Source: Phormidesmis sp.
GTDB taxonomy: Bacteria; Cyanobacteriota; Cyanobacteriia; Leptolyngbyales; Leptolyngbyaceae
Length of the DNA stretch: 64,000 nt
NCBI GenBank assembly: GCA_965248535.1
Contig: CBDFJR010000005.1
Coordinates: 1,504,001 to 1,568,000 of the forward strand
Direction of reading: 5' to 3'
Positions 61,977 to 64,000 of this stretch are shown piece after piece. A program made the position numbers and the translations under genes. The number at the start of each line of letters is the position of its first letter. Position 1 is the first letter of the stretch. The notes beneath the pieces were generated by a model that was not told where the DNA came from, searched no databases, and worked only from the letters and a program-made list of their open reading frames with translations.

Positions 61977-62627
61977 ATGGCATATGCTAACAGGCCAATA
62001 GTTGACCAGACGGTCATCCAGCCCGTTTCTGAATACCACGATCGTGTTCGTTGGGGCCCGATCATTTCCGGGCTATTTGTCGCTCTCGCTTCCCAGCTAA
62101 TCTTGAGCGCCCTGGGGGCCGCAATTGGGGCCACCACGATCGCTAACTCTGGCGCTCCAAGAACAAACCTGGGCGATGTTAGTCAAGCGGTTGGCTGGTG
62201 GGCCATCTTGAGCCTGTTGATTTCACTCTTTGTGGGCAGTTGGGTGATGGCAAGGGCTTGTGGCCCGATGAACCGCAACACTGCGCTGCTAAACGGTGCC
62301 ATTCTCTGGGCGACGACTTTGGCGCTGAGTGCATGGCTGGTGGCTAGTGGCGTTACGGGTGCGTTTGGCGTAGTGGCCTCATCGGCAGCTAACGTAGCTG
62401 GAGCGGCTCTGCCTCAAACGGGGGTTCCTAACGTGAATCCTGGCTCGATTCCTACACCGACGGCCCAAGACACTCGCAACATTGCAGGCGGAACGGCAAC
62501 AGCAGGCTGGTCGTTTGTTTTGGGTTCTCTTTTGGGACTGGTGTCTTCTTTAATCGGCGCAGCGGCAGGCACTCGCAGCCCCCGCATTGCAGCCACCACC
62601 TATGTGGAGCCGACCGTCAATCGCTAA
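61977..62627 (+). CDS. Hypothetical membrane protein
   Basis: RBS GGGGAG; RVRWGPIISG, four TM helices. Confidence 0.8.
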   Translation: MAYANRPIVDQTVIQPVSEYHDRVRWGPIISGLFVALASQLILSALGAAIGATTIANSGAPRTNLGDVSQAVGWWAILSLLISLFVGSWVMARACGPMNRNTALLNGAILWATTLALSAWLVASGVTGAFGVVASSAANVAGAALPQTGVPNVNPGSIPTPTAQDTRNIAGGTATAGWSFVLGSLLGLVSSLIGAAAGTRSPRIAATTYVEPTVNR

Positions 62628-62655
62628 ATCAGGGCTAAGTTCTGAGCATTTGCTA

Positions 62656-62689
62656 TTCCCTTGGTCTATCTCTAGACCAAGGGAATTTT
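62656..62689 (+). terminator. Rho-independent terminator
   Basis: ATTCCCTTGGTCTA-tctc-TAGACCAAGGGAAT followed by TTT. Confidence 0.7.
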
Positions 62690-62706
62690 CGGTTGATGGA
62701 TCGAAC

Positions 62707-62742
62707 AAAAAACAGGGACGCTAGTTAAAGCGTCCCTGTTTT
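62707..62742 (-). terminator. Terminator downstream of tRNA (possibly bidirectional)
   Basis: AAAAAACAGGGACGC..GCGTCCCTGTTTT. Confidence 0.75.
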
Positions 62743-62747
62743 ATAGA

Positions 62748-62821
62748 CGGGCTAGGAGGGATTCGAACCCCCGACACCGTGGTCCGTAGCCACGTGCTCT
62801 AGTCCACTGAGCTACAAGCCC
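62748..62821 (-). tRNA. trnR-ACG: tRNA-Arg(ACG)
   Basis: GGGCTTGTAGCTCAGTGG..CGTGG-CTACGGA-CCACG..GGTTCGAATCC cloverleaf; CCA not encoded. Confidence 0.96.
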
Positions 62822-62861
62822 CCGTGTTGATAGAATCATCATACTATATACAACGCACCAG

Positions 62862-63392
62862 ATGACAAAGAATTCTTCAATTTCTGCTAAAAATTCTCTC
62901 AGTCATCTTGATCCAGACGGCCAGGCGCAGATGGTAGATGTTTCTGCCAAAGCGGTGACTGCTCGGCAAGCGATCGCTGTTGGTCGAGTGAGAATGTTGC
63001 CACAAACGATGGCAACGATCGCTGCGGGCAACGCTCCTAAAGGAGACGTGTTGGGCACTGCTAGACTGGCAGGCATTATGGCCGCTAAACAAACCGCGCA
63101 TCTGATTCCGCTTTGCCACCCGCTGCCTTTAACCAAAGTTGCCGTGGTGATTACCCCAGATGCAGACTTACCGGGCTATCACATTCGCGCTGAGGTCAAG
63201 ACCACCGCAGAAACCGGGGTTGAAATGGAGGCCCTGACTGCGGTCTCGATCGCTGCCTTGACGCTTTATGACATGGCAAAGGCGCTAGAAAAATCAATCC
63301 AAATCGAACAGATTTATCTAGTCAGCAAAACGGGCGGCAAGTCAGGCGACTATCACGTAGATACTGCTATTACCGATAGTCAAGCAGCTTAA
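62862..63392 (+). CDS. moaC: Cyclic pyranopterin monophosphate synthase
   Basis: [38 protein letters not shown]. Confidence 0.96.
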   Translation: MTKNSSISAKNSLSHLDPDGQAQMVDVSAKAVTARQAIAVGRVRMLPQTMATIAAGNAPKGDVLGTARLAGIMAAKQTAHLIPLCHPLPLTKVAVVITPDADLPGYHIRAEVKTTAETGVEMEALTAVSIAALTLYDMAKALEKSIQIEQIYLVSKTGGKSGDYHVDTAITDSQAA

Positions 63393-63928
63393 AATGCTGG
63401 CTGATAGAACGTCAAGGCCGTGTTGCCGTAGTGCTTTTGACGGCAGATTTCTAGACCTGCTACTTCATGCAACTGACCCGGACTGTGTTCGATCGCGACT
63501 TCTCCCGTGGCTGCCAATAGGTGGTGATGCACGATCGCTGCCAGCACAGGCTGATATAACCCACTGGCATAGGGCGGATCGAAATAGATATGGTCAAATT
63601 GCTGACCAGAGAGACTTTCTAAACGTTGCAGCACGTCACCTCTCAAAACTCGATGGGTTTGCTCTGGTTTAGCAACTTGCTGCCAGTTTTGGCGAATCAC
63701 GTCACAAGCACGACTCGATTGCTCAAGTCCAATCACTACAGCCGCGCCGCGACACAGCGCTTCAGCGCCCATCGAGCCACTTCCGGCACAGAGATCTAGC
63801 CATCTGCAATGGGCGATCGTGCCTTGCCAAATATTGAACATCGCTTGCCGCACTCGTGCAGCAGTCGGGCGCGTTTCCTGTCCGGGAAGGGTTTTGATCA
63901 AACGATTGCCATATATTCGCAGACTCAT
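63389..63928 (-). CDS. rsmD: 16S rRNA m2G966 methyltransferase
   Basis: [24 protein letters not shown]. Confidence 0.93.
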   Translation of the reverse strand: MSLRIYGNRLIKTLPGQETRPTAARVRQAMFNIWQGTIAHCRWLDLCAGSGSMGAEALCRGAAVVIGLEQSSRACDVIRQNWQQVAKPEQTHRVLRGDVLQRLESLSGQQFDHIYFDPPYASGLYQPVLAAIVHHHLLAATGEVAIEHSPGQLHEVAGLEICRQKHYGNTALTFYQPAF

Positions 63929-64000
63929 AGGAATAGGTGATACGCGGGAAACTCAGTCACTTTAGTGCTGAGAGGAAAGCGGTTGCTTCGCAGTTCCCCG

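Overview
Cyanobacterial chromosomal window, judged from dense GCGATCGC HIP1 sites and cyanobacterial housekeeping genes. The centre is a type I-D CRISPR-Cas locus: about 91 repeats, leader, cas2-cas1-cas4-cas6-cas5d-cas7d-cas10d(+internal cas11d)-cas3' and a divergent WYL regulator. cas5d is frameshifted, and a DUF433/PIN toxin-antitoxin pair sits inside the cas operon. Next come a DUF2278-LTD gene, a PLD gene and a phosphate-scavenging cluster with a frameshifted ~2,280-aa four-enzyme phosphatase and a putative Pho box. Mobile DNA includes a TnpB-only IS200/IS605 element, a 416-bp non-coding IS605 derivative that keeps the omega-RNA end, a RAYT REPtron, GTAG-type REP/REPIN elements, and Rpn and Roco remnants. 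An unexplained 21-bp-periodic tract lies upstream of a small hypothetical gene at 53.2-54.0 kb. The rest is housekeeping (corA, mlaE, dcd, cobD, HU, glcD, xylB, iscA, panB, gmhB, ispD, tRNA-Arg, moaC, rsmD). Family names come from motif recognition by eye, not database searches, and counts are by hand.
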